The notes under the pieces were generated by a model, which was not told the origin of the DNA, searched no databases, and worked only from the letters and a program-made list of their open reading frames with translations. The position numbers and the translations under genes are program-made. From the IMG/VR virus record IMGVR_UViG_3300010970_000150, positions 24,288 to 88,287 of that record: a DNA stretch of 64,000 nucleotides; one strand, written 5' to 3'. Of this stretch, positions 39,528 to 48,898 are shown piece by piece; the first letter of the stretch is position 1, and the number at the start of each line of letters is the position of its first letter. Origin of the DNA: a virus.

Positions 39528-40234
39528 GTTTACAAAGCCTGACAATGCTATTTGTGTTTGCAACCTTAGTGGGTTGCACGACAGCCCCTACAGATAAGCC
39601 TGTCATCATCATTAACAAAGACAAGGACACCTACATTGACAAAGTCGAAGCCATCGTTTCTGAAGCGGGTTCTGCCCTTACTGCTGTCGCTCCTACCCTT
39701 CCTGTTGGAGTTGGTAGAGAACTCGTTGAAGGGCAAATCGTCAGGCTCAGCGGAATCAGCAAGCCGTCAGTCGAGAAGGTCGAATCCTTTAGAGCAATGG
39801 TTAAATCAAACGACCACAAGGCGGTCAAGGAAGACAAAGAAAAAGCGTCTAAGGTAGATGCTGAGACTAATGCGTTGTGGGCAATAGTAGAGGAGCAGGA
39901 GAGTGCAATCGCCATCGCCAATGAGATTGCAAATAATGCGGAGAAAGAAAAGCAAAGGGAAATGAAGAACAAGGTTCTCTGGATGTGCAGTTGTATAGGT
40001 GGTGCTATCTTTACTGCGGGTGTCTTGCTCCTAGCGTTCTCACCACGCAAAGCCTCTGGGGTTATTATGATGCTAGCAGGTGGGCTAGCAATTGGCTCTG
40101 CGTGGATTTTCGACTCACCTTGGTTTCCTTGGATTGCAGGTGCAGGCGTGGGGTTCGCTCTGCTTGATGTCTTAGTTATCGGAATCACCAAGACCTACAA
40201 CTACCTGCGACCCTCAAAGAGTTCGGTCACCTAA
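39524..40234 (+). CDS. Lipoprotein with C-terminal TM helices (unimolecular spanin-like)
   Basis: Lipobox LVGC, coiled coil, C-terminal hydrophobic helices. Confidence 0.55.
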   Translation: MSLQSLTMLFVFATLVGCTTAPTDKPVIIINKDKDTYIDKVEAIVSEAGSALTAVAPTLPVGVGRELVEGQIVRLSGISKPSVEKVESFRAMVKSNDHKAVKEDKEKASKVDAETNALWAIVEEQESAIAIANEIANNAEKEKQREMKNKVLWMCSCIGGAIFTAGVLLLAFSPRKASGVIMMLAGGLAIGSAWIFDSPWFPWIAGAGVGFALLDVLVIGITKTYNYLRPSKSSVT

Positions 40235-40525
40235 CTCAGTCGTGTCATCCTTCCAGAACTCATCTGGGACGATGTCAACAAACAGGGGAGCATTGCCTTC
40301 ATAATCCTTTGAGAGGATGTTGTTGTACATATGCTCTTCAGCCTCATCAAAGCCCATCATATCTTCTTCCATTATGTTGGAGATGATACGCTCCGTGGAG
40401 TACACGGCACGATAGCCCTCAGGCGTATTGGACACACCAATGAAGGCGTGTTCACAGCCCTCAGCGATGACGATGTTCTCGTCAAAGTTCGTGAGGAATT
40501 CTTTAAGTTTATCTGCGTTGGTCAT
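40214..40525 (-). CDS. Conserved acidic phage hypothetical protein
   Basis: G.E.AFIG...AVYS..II...EAEE...NI pattern. Confidence 0.7.
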   Translation of the reverse strand: MTNADKLKEFLTNFDENIVIAEGCEHAFIGVSNTPEGYRAVYSTERIISNIMEEDMMGFDEAEEHMYNNILSKDYEGNAPLFVDIVPDEFWKDDTTELGDRTL

Positions 40526-40902
40526 AGAATTTCTTTAGATGCTTTAAGGATTTCAAGGACAGCCTTGCCAATCTTACGCTCATTAGAGAAGTTGTAACTT
40601 TCTTTATTAAGGCTGGAAGTCAACCTTTCGTTCTCACGCTCAAAACGCTGTGCAGTCTTGCAGAGATTGTTTAGCATATCACGGAATTCCTTAGCCTCTT
40701 CATACACCTTGGTGCTAAGCCAAGACTTTCCGTATCCATCTTTCACTTCATACCCATAAGGGGATACATATTCGTAGGCACTAGTGCCGTAGTATTTATG
40801 GTATTCACAACTGCATCCTGTCTTTGGTTCAGAAGAAACAATAGAGAACGAGGTTCTGAAGTAGATAACACTAATGTGGTTTTTGATTGTGTCGTTGTTC
40901 AT
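40522..40902 (-). CDS. Hypothetical protein
   Basis: Coupled ORF. Confidence 0.6.
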   Translation of the reverse strand: MNNDTIKNHISVIYFRTSFSIVSSEPKTGCSCEYHKYYGTSAYEYVSPYGYEVKDGYGKSWLSTKVYEEAKEFRDMLNNLCKTAQRFERENERLTSSLNKESYNFSNERKIGKAVLEILKASKEIL

Positions 40903-40905
40903 AGG

Positions 40906-41145
40906 TTACTTAGATAGGATTTTGTAATGAGGGACAGGTCGAGTGACCATACCAGACTTCACTCGGTACATACGGACTTCAAGAAGATTATCTTTGAGTG
41001 CATCATTAATTTTCTTAGTGATGACTGGTTCAGAACAATTCAGCATCTTCTGGATTTCCCTGCGAGTGTAGAAACCTTTTTCAGGAGTCTCAATAGAGAC
41101 TTTCCCGAAAAGTTTTTGCATAGCAATGAGGTCTTTGTTTTTCAT
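40906..41145 (-). CDS. Small HTH-like protein, homolog of 1..233
   Basis: GFYTRREIQK...LEVRMYR...RPVP. Confidence 0.65.
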   Translation of the reverse strand: MKNKDLIAMQKLFGKVSIETPEKGFYTRREIQKMLNCSEPVITKKINDALKDNLLEVRMYRVKSGMVTRPVPHYKILSK

Positions 41146-41300
41146 CGGATGAAGATAAGTTTGAGAGCCGTGATTACAGTAGCAAACCAAGCAACGACAA
41201 GCAGAATATTAACAACAATTCGTTCCTTGCGATAGTATCTAGCCTGTCTGTCAAGTTCCCTGTAGTGTTCGGGAGGCGTGAAATCAATAGGGTTTCTCAT
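41142..41300 (-). CDS. Small membrane protein
   Basis: MRNPIDF... with one C-terminal TM segment, ATGA coupling. Confidence 0.5.
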   Translation of the reverse strand: MRNPIDFTPPEHYRELDRQARYYRKERIVVNILLVVAWFATVITALKLIFIR

Positions 41301-41668
41301 ACGCTCGGCTTGCCCTCCTTGGCGGTATGCCATTGGTCAATGCTGTCAGCAACATCGTGAAAAGAACCATTATCGTGGACTCCGTTTTCTCCGATTGTTT
41401 TTGCCATCGCATCCCCAGCCTTGCGGAGCATCTCGTTCTCTTCCATCACTTGATTAAACAAGTCTCGCTTAAATTGAGCGTGAAGAAATTCGGCTTCTGC
41501 TTTCATTGAGGCAAGTTCTTCGGCTGTGAATGAATGCGTCTTCAGCCGCTCGACCTCGGCTTGTAGGGCGGCGTAGTCCTCCCACTTGACCCAAGGGCCA
41601 TCGTCCAACTCATAAGAGCCGTGTGAGCATCCATATCCGCACTCGGTATCGTATCTCTTGATGTTCAC
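41297..41668 (-). CDS. Hypothetical protein (LRKAGD/AKEG module family)
   Basis: Shared C-terminal module. Confidence 0.65.
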   Translation of the reverse strand: MNIKRYDTECGYGCSHGSYELDDGPWVKWEDYAALQAEVERLKTHSFTAEELASMKAEAEFLHAQFKRDLFNQVMEENEMLRKAGDAMAKTIGENGVHDNGSFHDVADSIDQWHTAKEGKPSV

Positions 41669-41964
41669 GACTGCTTGCCCTCCTTGGCGGTGTTCCAGCG
41701 GTCAATCCTGCATTGGTAATCAATCGGGCCTTCTTCAAGTGCCTCACGCATCCAATCCCCAGCCTTGCGGAGACGCTCGTTCTCGGCTTTAAGGCGGGCG
41801 ATTTCCAAGTCTCCGTGCTTGCAGAGTTTGTCGGTGTTAGCGGTCAGCCGCTCGTACTCGGCCTTGAGGCGGGTATATTCGGCAATTGACACCCATTCAG
41901 TCTTGCCAGTATTGCCCCCGCCCAACTCTTTCCAAGTAACTGTCATTCGCTTTGGGTTGCTCAT
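41665..41964 (-). CDS. Hypothetical protein (LRKAGD/AKEG module family)
   Basis: Start moved to MSNPKR. Confidence 0.65.
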   Translation of the reverse strand: MSNPKRMTVTWKELGGGNTGKTEWVSIAEYTRLKAEYERLTANTDKLCKHGDLEIARLKAENERLRKAGDWMREALEEGPIDYQCRIDRWNTAKEGKQS

Positions 41965-42701
41965 AGACCTTTGACAGAGTAGATGAATCGCTTTCCCACT
42001 CGGTGAGCCTGCCACACCTTCCAATCCGACCCTTGGACGAACCCATAAGTCCAGCCTGACCCCCACTTGCTGGTCGCTAGGTGATTCTTGGCGTAGTCCA
42101 TCGCTTCCTTCTTGCATAGGCAACCGCCAGAGAATCCTACTGCCCCTTTGTGCTTCTTGGCGTTGACCTGCTGGATGGAATGCAGGTGACCCATAATGAC
42201 AGCACCTCCAGTATCAGCGAAATGAATGGCGTGGTCTTCGACAGCCGTGCGACTGCATCCGTAGCCGTGTACGAACTTGACCTTCCCAAGCGTATGAACG
42301 CCAAGGTCTGCGTGATAAGGGTAAATCTTCTTGCATCCGTTTTTCTTGAGGTGGTTACGAATGTCGTTCTTGAGGTTGTGGCAATAGTCAACCATCATTC
42401 CGTGCGTAGAGCCGTTGATGATTTGGTCAAGGCGGTCATCGTGGTTTCCGTTTAAGAAAATAGTAGGTTGCACTCGGCTGATGAATTTTTTGCCAGCCTT
42501 CACATCAGCCACAAGCGACTCGTCTTCTTCTTTACGCCCAGCACCCCTGCGGATACTGCGGAAATCAAAATTATCTCCTAGGTGAACAATCTCGTCTGGG
42601 TCGAACCATTTAAGAAACTTGTAGAACTCGGATGCAACATCCTTGTCCACCATATCTCCGTGGTTGTCTCCCACGGCTACGAACTTAATTAGTTTGCTCA
42701 T
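41961..42701 (-). CDS. Calcineurin-like metallophosphoesterase (unit B copy)
   Basis: GDNHG, HLGDNFD, GNHDD, GHLH. Confidence 0.9.
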   Translation of the reverse strand: MSKLIKFVAVGDNHGDMVDKDVASEFYKFLKWFDPDEIVHLGDNFDFRSIRRGAGRKEEDESLVADVKAGKKFISRVQPTIFLNGNHDDRLDQIINGSTHGMMVDYCHNLKNDIRNHLKKNGCKKIYPYHADLGVHTLGKVKFVHGYGCSRTAVEDHAIHFADTGGAVIMGHLHSIQQVNAKKHKGAVGFSGGCLCKKEAMDYAKNHLATSKWGSGWTYGFVQGSDWKVWQAHRVGKRFIYSVKGL

Positions 42702-42891
42702 TGGTGATATCGAAAGTGGGATTCTGTAGAACCTTGAATTGGTCAGTACGCATATGACGAATGACTCCATCCTTCTCCAACACAACAGCAAAAATATCGT
42801 TGCTGAAAGTTCCTCCGTCACGCACATACATCAGCCAACCATAGCCAATATCAGTACTAACAGGGATAGGGTTGCGGAACTCGTGAATCAT
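42685..42891 (-). CDS. Hypothetical protein
   Basis: Tightly packed ORF. Confidence 0.6.
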   Translation of the reverse strand: MIHEFRNPIPVSTDIGYGWLMYVRDGGTFSNDIFAVVLEKDGVIRHMRTDQFKVLQNPTFDITNEQTN

Positions 42892-43094
42892 TCGATGTAG
42901 ACTGATGCGTCAGGGTTAACTGCACCACCAGAAATGATTAGGTTGTTCAGACGCTCAACCTCTTCCTTGAGGCGTGTGTTCTCTTGTGACAAGGCACGAC
43001 ACTCGTTGCCTAGGTTAAGAACATTCTTTACAAGACTCGTTTTAATAGAGTCGTTGAAGTCGTGTTCGTAAAAGATTATAGATGGGGTGTCCAT
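42888..43094 (-). CDS. Small coiled-coil protein
   Basis: Tightly packed ORF. Confidence 0.55.
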   Translation of the reverse strand: MDTPSIIFYEHDFNDSIKTSLVKNVLNLGNECRALSQENTRLKEEVERLNNLIISGGAVNPDASVYIE

Positions 43095-43384
43095 TATGGC
43101 AAAGGATTTTCAAATGGTGTTGAGTCTGTGGTCTGCTCGGTGGCTTCCTCTGCTTCATTGACCCAAGCCTGATGCTCAAGGTCGAGCAGGGCATAAGCCG
43201 CCTCTAGGTCTCTGATGCGAGCCTCAAGCAACTTAGATTGTTCAACGAGCATATCGTTAGCCTGAGACTGAGCCTTGGCTACATCACGCATACGCAAGAA
43301 CCTGTCCTGCGTGACCATACATAGCACCTTGCCGTCATTGAAGGTGATGTCAATCTTAGTTATGCTTAAGGGATTTTCTTCCAT
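43094..43384 (-). CDS. Hypothetical protein
   Basis: Tightly packed ORF. Confidence 0.55.
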   Translation of the reverse strand: MEENPLSITKIDITFNDGKVLCMVTQDRFLRMRDVAKAQSQANDMLVEQSKLLEARIRDLEAAYALLDLEHQAWVNEAEEATEQTTDSTPFENPLP

Positions 43385-43599
43385 TTGTTCAAAGGTTCAG
43401 CAAAAAGTTCAGCCCAGCGGTTCTTGTGGAAAGTAAGTTTTGAAGAGGTAACAGAAGCCTCCCAGACTGTCTGCTTCTTTCCAGCCAGTACGCTACCTGT
43501 TCGCTTTGGTCTTCCAGCGTGTTTCCTTGCTGTCCCTTCTGCGAGTTTTGGATTGTTTCGTTTGAGTAAAAGTTTTGCATACTCGTTTACTTCAGACAT
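43366..43599 (-). CDS. Hypothetical protein, homolog of 1236..1421
   Basis: KNRWAELF. Confidence 0.55.
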   Translation of the reverse strand: MSEVNEYAKLLLKRNNPKLAEGTARKHAGRPKRTGSVLAGKKQTVWEASVTSSKLTFHKNRWAELFAEPLNKWKKIP

Positions 43600-43892
43600 A
43601 GGTTACGCTTCTTGAGAAGCAAATTAAGTACCCGTACTTCACGCTCAGATTGGCTATGCTTAGGGTTTAGTTCAGTACGCTTCATAGTGTCAGCATAAGA
43701 AACAAGTTGGCTATCGCTTAGGCTTGCTAACTTGGCTTCATACTTTGCATCCCACTCGCAGTTAAGCGTGGGAAGGCCATAACGAGTCTTGCACTTAGCG
43801 ATGCTCTTGTGGTCGAGGTTGAACTTCACGCCTGCTTGTCGTGCGGTTAGTCCCTCGACAAGGGCTAGGCGGTAGGCGTGGAGTAGGTTCAT
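43587..43892 (-). CDS. HTH-like hypothetical protein
   Basis: GLTARQAGVKFNL. Confidence 0.55.
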   Translation of the reverse strand: MNLLHAYRLALVEGLTARQAGVKFNLDHKSIAKCKTRYGLPTLNCEWDAKYEAKLASLSDSQLVSYADTMKRTELNPKHSQSEREVRVLNLLLKKRNLCLK

Positions 43893-44131
43893 AGGATTTC
43901 GTATCCTTCCTTGTCAAGGTCGAGAGGTAGGTCGAGGAAGTCCTTAACCTTTCCGTACTTGTCGGCAGGAAAATACATCGTCTCTGAGGGAATGGTAGAC
44001 TCAACGATGTACTCGTGTCCTTGGAAGGGCGGGGACATCTTAAAGAGGAATGCCTCACCTCGGCACTTCTTTAGATTCTTATAGACAGTAGGGCTGTCCA
44101 TAATGGTGGCTGTCTTGACGAGGTTGTCCAT
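43889..44131 (-). CDS. Hypothetical protein
   Basis: Tightly packed ORF. Confidence 0.55.
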   Translation of the reverse strand: MDNLVKTATIMDSPTVYKNLKKCRGEAFLFKMSPPFQGHEYIVESTIPSETMYFPADKYGKVKDFLDLPLDLDKEGYEIL

Positions 44132-44517
44132 TAGAGTTTCTTAGCGTGTACCCAGTCCTTAATAGCACCGAAGTCGCTATCCCCTGCGATTTGAGCAAGG
44201 CGGTCTCCAGTACGCTGAAGAGCGTGGATTTTGTTCTTAGCCTCAGCCAAGTCGCTGAGCAACTGGGCAAGGTTAGGGCTGTTAAGTTTCTCGCAGAGTT
44301 CCTTAGCGGGGACACACAGCATCAGAGAAGCCGCCCTAACAGAGTTCTGAGTAGCCACGAACTTTCCTTGAACTGACTTAAAGTCAGCAGACTGGGTGAT
44401 GATTTCCTCTGCTTGTTTCATAGGTATGGTTACTGTTTTGCTGTTAGGGCGTTTCTTGCAGGCGATGATTGCGTGTCTTAGGCACTCAATTCCTTTGGAC
44501 TTAGGCTCGTAGTCCAT
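44131..44517 (-). CDS. Hypothetical protein
   Basis: Tightly packed ORF. Confidence 0.6.
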   Translation of the reverse strand: MDYEPKSKGIECLRHAIIACKKRPNSKTVTIPMKQAEEIITQSADFKSVQGKFVATQNSVRAASLMLCVPAKELCEKLNSPNLAQLLSDLAEAKNKIHALQRTGDRLAQIAGDSDFGAIKDWVHAKKL

Positions 44518-44695
44518 CCTCAGGGAACAGAACCTGCATCAGCGTGGTGGTGTTCACACGCTTCATCTTCTTGTCGATGATGAGATTGATGTAGGTCTGG
44601 TTGTGAATCTTAGTCGGCTTCAGGAGACGAGCGACTCGACCATCGCTGAGAACGATGTACTGCGAGTTGTTGTAGGGCTTAGCGGTGAGGGTCAT
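44501..44695 (-). CDS. Small hypothetical protein, homolog of 2669..2884
   Basis: YIVLSDGRVARLLKP. Confidence 0.7.
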   Translation of the reverse strand: MTLTAKPYNNSQYIVLSDGRVARLLKPTKIHNQTYINLIIDKKMKRVNTTTLMQVLFPEDGLRA

Positions 44696-44713
44696 AGGTA
44701 TGATGGGTAAGGG

Positions 44714-45460
44714 TTAGAAGGGGATGGCATCCTCGCTCACAGGGGCGGCAGAGGGGTTCTGGGACTCGTTCCAGAGACGGACAGCCTCAGCCTTAGTGTT
44801 GGCATCCTTGGCAGAGACAGTCGTGTTGTCACCAAAGGGCTTGGGAGTCCAGCGAGTAGCGAAGTAACTGAGGTCACCAAACTTCACCTCACGATTGGCT
44901 TCAGTCAGGGGCAGGTCGCTAAGAGGAGTACCCTTGCGGTCACCGAAGGGAGCGACAGCCACGAAGCCAGCAGGGGCAGGCTTAGAAGGGCTAGCGGTCA
45001 CGGACGGAGCAACACGAGCCACAGGCTTTGCAACATAGGCACTCGGCTTAGAGCCAGACTTAGCCAGACGATTAGTCTCTGCATCGCAGTCTTCAGTAGC
45101 CACGCCTGCCACAGAAGCCAAAGCGTACCTGCGAAGATAAGAATAGATAGACCCAGCGTCCTGACCAGACATTTCCTTGTCAGCAGGAATAAGAGCATCC
45201 GCTTCAACAGAGCCACCAGAGGCGTGGATGAGGATGGTGCGAACTCCAACAGCACCCTCGCTTCCGATAGGGAACTGGAGGACTGCAAGTCCGTGCTTCT
45301 TAAAGATAGGCTTGAGGGTTTCAAGATGCTTAGAGAGGCTGGCATAGGAATTCTTATGGAAGGGATTAGTCGAGTCGGCAATGATGTCCTGCGTCTCAGA
45401 GAGAGCATTGACCAGAGCGATGTTGAGTTCAGTTTGCTGTTCAGGCGTATTGCGGTTCAT
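44714..45460 (-). CDS. erf: ERF-family single-strand annealing protein (unit B)
   Basis: NPFHKNSYASL, GSIYSYLRRYAL, EDCD; DAIPF tail. Confidence 0.88.
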   Translation of the reverse strand: MNRNTPEQQTELNIALVNALSETQDIIADSTNPFHKNSYASLSKHLETLKPIFKKHGLAVLQFPIGSEGAVGVRTILIHASGGSVEADALIPADKEMSGQDAGSIYSYLRRYALASVAGVATEDCDAETNRLAKSGSKPSAYVAKPVARVAPSVTASPSKPAPAGFVAVAPFGDRKGTPLSDLPLTEANREVKFGDLSYFATRWTPKPFGDNTTVSAKDANTKAEAVRLWNESQNPSAAPVSEDAIPF

Positions 45461-45526
45461 AGAGGTAGGATTAAAAAGGGAGTCGGAAAAAGTAGTATAG
45501 GAGTGGTCGGACATAGGAGTAAGGTA

Positions 45527-45700
45527 TTACGAGAGGGGATGGGTGTCAACTTCTTTCTGCAAAATAGTTCTAACAAAAGTAGAGCGAGTCATCGCAATGT
45601 TTTTTGCAATCTTTGTGATTGACTTGAGCAGTTTGTTAGGCAGGCGAACTGTGAGCATTTCTTCTGAGGTTCTAGAGAGTCGTTTGATTTTAGTTTTCAT
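45527..45700 (-). CDS. Ribbon-helix-helix (CopG/Arc-like) regulator
   Basis: LTVRLPNKLL...IA....TRSTFVR. Confidence 0.7.
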   Translation of the reverse strand: MKTKIKRLSRTSEEMLTVRLPNKLLKSITKIAKNIAMTRSTFVRTILQKEVDTHPLS

Positions 45701-46197
45701 CGGGAAAGAATAACATTGGCTCGCTTGAGAATACACACACGAGCGTCAGAAAGGGTAGGGGAGTTCGGGTCAAAGTTCGCTTTAGACGCACCGCCAAAGC
45801 CCATATTGTAAGCCATATAGAGTTGGATGTCGGTAGGCTTAATGCCACGCTTTTGGAAGCGGTAGTTTAAAAGCAGGAAGTAATTCTTTGCAACGATGCG
45901 GGAGATGACAGGGTCTTTGGCTCGTGCCTTCCATTGGTTAGTGATGTGACCAACCAGCCAAGAGAAACTTTCTTGGAATTGACCATTGTCATTATGCTCC
46001 ATCCACTTGCAGGCATCGACCCAAGCGTCCTCGTGTAGTTGGTAAGCCCCCAGAGCCTTTCCCTTGTCCCCTACGGCATTAGGATTAAAGTTTGACTCAA
46101 TCATTGCGACAGAGTCCAAGAACTTTTCGGTGATGCGTTCCGCAGGCTTAGCGGAGGCAAAGGAACAGAGAGCCAGCAGACTGAGTAGGTGCTTCAT
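45697..46197 (-). CDS. Lysozyme-like/lytic transglycosylase with signal peptide (unit B)
   Basis: IESNFNPNAVGDKGKALGAYQL, YNMG; MKHLLSLLALCSFASA leader. Confidence 0.8.
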   Translation of the reverse strand: MKHLLSLLALCSFASAKPAERITEKFLDSVAMIESNFNPNAVGDKGKALGAYQLHEDAWVDACKWMEHNDNGQFQESFSWLVGHITNQWKARAKDPVISRIVAKNYFLLLNYRFQKRGIKPTDIQLYMAYNMGFGGASKANFDPNSPTLSDARVCILKRANVILSR

Positions 46198-46251
46198 AGA
46201 GTTGGATGAAATGGGAATGGTAATACGATGCAAGCGGAAAAGAGAAATAGT

Positions 46252-46932
46252 TCAAACTTTCTTTTCAGCCATTCCAGCCATCTGGTAGTAGTCCTTGAGC
46301 CTGCGGATTAGAGCCTTCCCAGTCTCGATGTCACGGCTGTCGAATCGCTCCAGCAAAGTCGTGCCGTTATAATTCGTGGAGATAATTGTAGGACGCTTGG
46401 CGGTAGAACGCTCGTCAATGATGGCGAACAGGTCGGAAGCCATACGCTGGGTCAGACGCTCCTTGCCAAAGTCATCAATGATAAGGAACGGCAGTTCAAT
46501 CAGCCCCTCCAGCATCCGTGCGTGTTGGCGGTCATCAAAGCCCTTCTCAATCATACCCTCAATCTTACGCATAGTAAGGAACTGGTAAGCCAACTGGCGG
46601 TCACGCTTAGCCTGCTCTACCCATTGCCTGCGGATAATTTCCCAGATGGCTCGTGTCTTTCCGATACCAGTCGTGCCGTGGAGCAGGAGACCACTCTTGT
46701 CACCCTCTGGCTTCCACTCTACAGCCTTTTGAATGCTTGGGTGAAGCCTTGATACCTCCGTGTCCCTGAAGAGGGCAGGCATCGCAGGGGGGACAGTAGA
46801 GTCCACCAGCCCCTCAGCCGTCACACGCTCTTGGTCGAGGTGTTCACGGCAACGATGGTAACGGACAAGGGAGTGGTCATCCTTAGCGAACAAAGCACCA
46901 CGCTTACCACAATGACAGGCGATGTCGCTCAT
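46252..46932 (-). CDS. DnaC/IstB-like helicase loader (unit B)
   Basis: GTTGIGKT, IDDFGKE, STNY. Confidence 0.9.
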   Translation of the reverse strand: MSDIACHCGKRGALFAKDDHSLVRYHRCREHLDQERVTAEGLVDSTVPPAMPALFRDTEVSRLHPSIQKAVEWKPEGDKSGLLLHGTTGIGKTRAIWEIIRRQWVEQAKRDRQLAYQFLTMRKIEGMIEKGFDDRQHARMLEGLIELPFLIIDDFGKERLTQRMASDLFAIIDERSTAKRPTIISTNYNGTTLLERFDSRDIETGKALIRRLKDYYQMAGMAEKKV

Positions 46933-47126
46933 TTGTTTTCGCCCTCCTTGGCGGCTTGCCACGCTTGCAGAACCTTCTGCCTTCCTTCAGACGAAGGAGC
47001 ATTGCAGGCGATGCAGAACACATCATCCCCTGCCTTGCGGAGGCGTTTGTTTTCGTCAAGAGCCTCGTGCCAGAGGTCTTGATAGTGACGAGCCTTTTCG
47101 ATTAGGTCTTCAATGCGGTTTGTCAT
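46929..47126 (-). CDS. Small protein (LRKAGD/AKEG module family)
   Basis: RLRKAGD...WQAAKEG. Confidence 0.6.
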   Translation of the reverse strand: MTNRIEDLIEKARHYQDLWHEALDENKRLRKAGDDVFCIACNAPSSEGRQKVLQAWQAAKEGENK

Positions 47127-47132
47127 AGGTGA

Positions 47133-47831
47133 TTAGAATGCGTTGTGGTCTTCAGATGTCAATGCCTTTGATGTCTTAGCACCAAACTTTTTGTTGGGTT
47201 CAAATAATCCCTGCCAGCCTTGCTTGATGGACTGCTCAATCGCCTCGGTGGACTTCTGTTCACCCCAGAGAGCGAACTCCTTGAACTGAGCCTGTACGCT
47301 AGAGTCCGTGAGTTTCTTCTTCATCTCCTTACGATAAGTCACCCAAGACTTCCAAGAAGCAATGAAAGCATCAGAACCAAAGGGCAAACAAACAATCCAA
47401 CCTAGTTCTTTGCCTGTATCTTTATCTCCTTTATTATCTTCTTTGTTATATGTATGTAGTTTCTTACATCCCCCCCCTGTAGTTTTCTGCATACCCCCCT
47501 GCAATTTCTTACACCCCTCGGAGCGAGTCACTTGCCCATCAGCCAAAGCCTTTGTCACAGCAACACGCTCAATGGTGCGGATGATTCTACGACCATTAGG
47601 GTCTTCTGAGCGTTTGATGAGTCCAGCGACCTCAAGGTCAGCGAGAATCAACTGCACCGAACGCACCTCAAGCCCAAGGTGCTTGGACAGGTAGGCGTTA
47701 GAGGCAAAGCATCCTCCCTCATTGTCGAGGCTCTCCAGTACACCATACACCACCTTAGCGGTGATGCTGATGGTGGTGGTCTGGAAGATGGCGGCAGGAA
47801 TCCACACGCCTGTGAACTTAGGGTCGCTCAT
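47133..47831 (-). CDS. Replication initiator (unit B)
   Basis: FTGVWIP, GCFASNAYL, GWQGLF. Confidence 0.8.
   Translation of the reverse strand: MSDPKFTGVWIPAAIFQTTTISITAKVVYGVLESLDNEGGCFASNAYLSKHLGLEVRSVQLILADLEVAGLIKRSEDPNGRRIIRTIERVAVTKALADGQVTRSEGCKKLQGGMQKTTGGGCKKLHTYNKEDNKGDKDTGKELGWIVCLPFGSDAFIASWKSWVTYRKEMKKKLTDSSVQAQFKEFALWGEQKSTEAIEQSIKQGWQGLFEPNKKFGAKTSKALTSEDHNAF
47455..47518. repeat. Iteron-like repeats inside initiator gene (candidate origin, unit B)
   Basis: TGTAGTTTCTTACATCCCC, TGTAGTTTTCTGCATACCCC, TGCAATTTCTTACACCCC. Confidence 0.6.
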
Positions 47832-48058
47832 TTGGTGAAGTCCTTGTTGCCAGTCCACTTGAAGGTCTGGATATTTGGCATAGCATATTGAAGACTACTA
47901 GGAGAGATTACGCACCCGTAATTCTTCTTGATAGCCTCGACTTCAATCATCTTATCAAAGCCGATAGGCGAGAAAGAACGAATCAGGAACTCATCTGGGA
48001 TTCGGAACTCGTGATTGCCAGCAGTTAAGCCGTGATTGATGTATTTAGTCTTGTTCAC
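47828..48058 (-). CDS. Hypothetical protein
   Basis: Coupled on both sides. Confidence 0.5.
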   Translation of the reverse strand: MNKTKYINHGLTAGNHEFRIPDEFLIRSFSPIGFDKMIEVEAIKKNYGCVISPSSLQYAMPNIQTFKWTGNKDFTK

Positions 48059-48867
48059 AGGTTCACCTCAACAGAGGAGTCGGAGTAAGCAGGGTACTTG
48101 CCAGAGGACTGACAGACAGCGAAGTCGTGGATAGAGTTCTCCCAAAGTTGAAAGGTCTTATCTCGGCTGTGCTTGCTGATGGTGTACACGCCCACGGCAA
48201 AAGGAGGGACTTTTTCTACTAGGATAAAATAGAAATTGTTGCAGACCTTTCCGTTCGCATCAAGCAACCAGCGGTACTGGACTTCCTGAATGTCGTAGCG
48301 TCTATCCCAGATTGCCTTCCTAGCACCAGCAGGCGAGGCATCCTCAGCACTCTTGTAGTCCAGAGCAAAGCCCTCGGTAGCAGAGTAGCCGTCAATCATT
48401 CCCTTCAGGCGAACCTCACCGCCAGCAGGACGGCTCGTACCGAACACAGCGACCTCCTTATGCGTCAGAGCCTTGTGCAGGCTAGAGGCAAGAGGGTGAG
48501 CCATCACGCTTGCCTTCATCGCTTGAATGGTTGCGTACTCGTCTGCGTCAATGATAGCCTTACCTGCGTTCTCAATGGCGAACTCTTCATTGTACGCACG
48601 ACCTTCCTTGGTGCGACCATCCATCTTCAGTTTCACAGAGAAGAACTTAGTCGGGTCATCCTGAAGCATCAGGGCGTGGAAAGCCGTGCCAAGAATCATA
48701 GCCTTGGTCGGTTCTTTCTTAACCTCCGTGCTGGCGAGGTAGTGAGCAGGACTGACGAGGAACTCCTTGAGAGAACTTTGAGCCAGACCAGTTGCGTTGC
48801 GGTAGTCAGCGTCAGCAATCCCAGCGAGGAACGCTGGGTCTGAGCCGTTGTGGGATGTAGTAATCAT
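48055..48867 (-). CDS. PD-(D/E)XK exonuclease VIII-like (unit B)
   Basis: AMILGTAFH, KGMID, DYKS, ILVEKVPP. Confidence 0.85.
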   Translation of the reverse strand: MITTSHNGSDPAFLAGIADADYRNATGLAQSSLKEFLVSPAHYLASTEVKKEPTKAMILGTAFHALMLQDDPTKFFSVKLKMDGRTKEGRAYNEEFAIENAGKAIIDADEYATIQAMKASVMAHPLASSLHKALTHKEVAVFGTSRPAGGEVRLKGMIDGYSATEGFALDYKSAEDASPAGARKAIWDRRYDIQEVQYRWLLDANGKVCNNFYFILVEKVPPFAVGVYTISKHSRDKTFQLWENSIHDFAVCQSSGKYPAYSDSSVEVNL

Positions 48868-48898
48868 CAGGGCTAGTAAGACCCTGTATCACAAAGTG

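Larger units (their letters stand above)
1..40234. mobile_element. Phage genome unit A (podovirus-like); right boundary uncertain
   Basis: Replication module, early genes, terL, portal, scaffold, capsid, tail, internal virion and lysis genes in canonical order. Confidence 0.8.
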
